In this document: one piece after another, positions 60,844-64,000 of the stretch
Layout: every line of letters starts with the position of its first letter
Numbering within the stretch: position 1 is the first letter of the stretch
Source of the DNA: Octopus vulgaris
Lineage: Eukaryota
DNA length: 64,000 bases
Reading direction: 5' to 3'
NCBI GenBank assembly: GCA_951406725.2
Contig: OX597819.1
Coordinates: forward strand, 13,950,001-14,014,000
Made by a program: the position numbers and the translations under genes
The notes under the pieces: generated by a model
What the model was told of the DNA's origin: nothing
The model's input: the letters and a program-made list of their open reading frames with translations, nothing else
Database searches by the model: none

Positions 60844-61444
60844 TTATTCAAACATAATGTATCTATGTTTACATTATCCAATAGGTGGTCTTCTTTTGTT
60901 AAGATGTTTGGATGTGATCTGATGGAGATTCAGCCTCTGTTTCTAGCAGTAAATAGTCTTCCATCATTGACTTGTGAGAATATTTGTGTTGTTGTTGTTT
61001 ATCAACCTTGTCACCTTTGATAAAATAAATCTATAATCTAGATTCAATACAATTATGACCATCCTGTCTGTATGTATATCAAGTCCCATAATGCTTTTAA
61101 AGCAGTAAAGTGTGAAATGAAAGAAATTTGGTTGCTATTTTTAACAGGTTGAGTGACAACAAAGAACCCCACCGTCATTGGTCCATGAACCACCAGTTCA
61201 TTCTGATCCAACAGACCTATGACCAAAGACATTCCAACCATGGCCATCCTATCTTTTTTCCCTCTATGTGCAAGAAATCTAGGAACATATTATCCAATGA
61301 TTTTTCTTAATTTTTCCCTAAAACTGTAGGGTATGATTTGAGGAAGATTTGACTCTTGTTTCTAGTATGTAGAGGCTTTTTCATTGGCCTGTGTATGTGT
61401 TACATTGGTGTGTGTGTGTGTGTGTGTGCAACTCTATCTTACAG

Positions 61445-61829
61445 GTGGAGGCGCAATGGCCCAGTGGTTAGGGCAGCGGACTCGCGGTCATAGGATCGCG
61501 GTTTCGATTCCCAGACCGGGCGTTGTGAGTGTTTATTGAGCGAAAACACCTAAAGCTCCACGAGGCTCTGGCAGGGGATGGTGGTGATCCCTGCTGTACT
61601 CTTTCACCACAACTTTCTCTCACTCTTACTTCCTGTTTCTGTTGTACCTGTATTTCAAAGGGCCAGCCTTGCCACTCTCTGTGTCATGCTGAATATCCCC
61701 GAGAACTACGTTAAGGGTGCACGTGTCTGTGGGGTGCTCAGCCACTTGCACGTTAATTTCACGAGCAGGCTGTTCCGTTGATTTGGATCAACCGGAACCC
61801 TCGTCGTCGTAACCGACAGAGTGCTTCCA
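61445..61829 (+). mobile_element. SINE family C
   Basis: 10-bp TSD TATCTTACAG. Confidence 0.92.
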
Positions 61830-62459
61830 TATCTTACAGATTAGGTGACTGTATGGAAGCTCCCTCGTTAGTATGACTTGTTAGGGTGCAAGAATACATG
61901 TGGTCAAATGTGGTCAACCATTTGTTGGTCTAGTATACTGTTGCATTGTGTCTTTGACCCAAACAACTCAAAGTAAACTTTAGAATCTGAGGCAATGTGG
62001 ATCGCCATCATCAGCGATTAATCGAGAGGAGAATTTGTAGAATGCCTGTTAAGTTTGGTTATTTTGAGCAGTGGAAAGTGTGAGGTTTCAGGCTTATGCT
62101 CTTCGACTAAAACAGGACTGACATGGATGGCATGGATGGGTTAAAAATGTTCAAGCTAGTTTGACCAGAAGATGACTCTAAATAGAGAAGTATTTCATGA
62201 GTGTACATACTGGCACAAAGAAGTTACCAAAGTTAAGATCTGTGTCCTATCCAAGGGGAACTTGGATAGGACACAGAATGAATAATTAACATAATAAATG
62301 TCCTCATGAATAATTAACATAATAAATGTCCTCATGAATAATTAATATACAATTTTTGTAACATTAATTTCGTAAGTGAAGCAGAAATGAAAGGTAAATA
62401 TTATTCTCCACATATGTGAAGAATCATCATGATTTAGAAAAACATTAGCTTACTTATTA

Positions 62460-62811
62460 GATGCCAGCGCCGCCTCGACTGGCTTCTGTGTCGGTGGCAC
62501 GTAAAAAGCACCATCCGAATCGTGGCCAAAACCAGTGCCACCTCAACTGGCTTCCGTGCAGGTGGCACGTAAAATGCACCAATCCGACCGTGGCCGATGC
62601 CAGCCTCGCCTGGCACCAGTGCAGGTGGCACGTAAAAAGCACCCACTACACTCACGGAGTGGTTGGCGTTAGGAAGGGTATCCAGCTGTAGAAACATTGC
62701 CAGATAAGACCGGAGCCTGGTGCAGCCTTCTGGCTTCCCAGATCCCCGGTCGAACCGTCCAACCCATGCTAGCATGGAGAACGGACGTTAAACGATGATG
62801 ATGATGATGAT
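62460..62811 (+). mobile_element. RTE-type 3' UTR element with GTGGCACGTAAAA repeats and (GAT)n tail
   Basis: Matches the reverse complement of 59190-59400. Confidence 0.85.
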
Positions 62812-63206
62812 TAGAGTAAGGTGAAAGTGAAGATGTAAACATCCATGCTGGTGATTTACGTTGTGTGACTTAGCATACTTGAATGTCACAAGATGAGTTT
62901 AAGGATATCCTAAAAATATGTAAATTACTTCATTATTTTTATCATGACAGTGTGAGATAATTAGGTTTATTTAGGTCAAAATAACCTAAATGGTAATACA
63001 TCTATCAACGTTAAATTAAGCCAAACAACAAAGCATCGGTGTAGATGGTTTATTGTATTTAGTTTTTAGTATGGCAGTTGTGGTTTCCAATCCAACTAGG
63101 ACCAGCTTTGAAGCTTCAGTAGTTTAAGATAATCTTTAATATAAGGAAATTAATGTTTACCTGTTTAGTGTAGTGGGCATCAAAAATCTAATTAGAAATA
63201 ATTATA

Positions 63207-63339
63207 GGCACAAGCATGGCTGTGTGGTAAGAAGGTTACTTTTCAACCACATGGTTCCGGGTTCAGTCCTACTGTGTGGCACCATGGACCTAGGGTAGAC
63301 CTTGTGAGTGGATTTAGTAGATGGAAACTAAAAGAAACC

Positions 63340-63411
<72 letters not shown>

Positions 63412-63620
63412 CTTTGTTTCTATGTTTGTCCCCCACCACTGCTTGACAACTGGTATTGGTGTGTTTAGATTCCTGTAACTTAGCAGTTCAGCAAAGGAGA
63501 CCAATGGAATGAGTGCCAAGTTTAAACTGGGGTTGATTCATTTGACTAGAAGTTCCTCAAGGTGGTGCCCCAGTATGGCCACAATCTAATTAATGACTGA
63601 AACAAGTAAAAGATAAAAGA
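63207..63620 (+). mobile_element. SINE family A, CpG-decayed
   Basis: Consensus match. Confidence 0.85.
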
Positions 63621-64000
63621 TGTAGTGAAGAAGCAAGTCAATTACTAATGCCATTAGCATGCAAGGCAAATCTGGACATGTTTTGGTTTTATTAAACCTT
63701 TTCAGTGAAGCATGCACTTCTCCATAGCTACCAAAGCAGTGATGAGAGAATCGTTATATCGGTGTACCATGAGTCCTCATGAATAATTAACATACAAGCA
63801 AGTTGTCCAAAGTTGTCTGACTTATTTATCAAAGTACTTAAAATAACATTTAATCATTAACTTAATATTGTCTTTTCCTCTCTACACAAGTATTTCTAAT
63901 TAGATTTCTATTGCTCACGGTATTAAATATGTTAACACTAACTTAACTATTGTCTTCTATGCAGATGGCATTTCTAAGCAATTAATATGTGTGATTTGCT

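Overview
Eukaryotic, AT-rich, repeat-saturated DNA. The SINE, LINE and microsatellite repertoire resembles an octopus (coleoid cephalopod) genome; this is inferred from recall, not a database search. No intact protein-coding gene is visible. Almost all ORFs in the track are microsatellite or SINE artefacts or decayed transposon frames. Contents: R4/Dong, CR1 and RTE LINE fragments, a Gypsy integrase remnant, a Penelope-like (PLE) GIY-YIG fragment, three tRNA-derived SINE families (called A, B, C here), non-autonomous Helitrons, hAT and Tigger-like MITEs, and a 5S rRNA copy inside a chimeric retro-insertion. The strongest signal is a set of at least four unrelated small elements carrying type-I hammerhead ribozyme folds, mostly in PLE-style fold-back (inverted) configuration. 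One of these appears to be a tRNA-headed, hammerhead-tailed SINE present twice with target-site duplications (TSDs). Repeats lose CpGs sharply from about 39 kb, just downstream of a C-rich promoter-like tract and a perfect splice donor at 36358/36359. This suggests the right 40% of the window is the methylated first intron of a + strand gene. Coordinates were counted by hand and may be off by a few bases.
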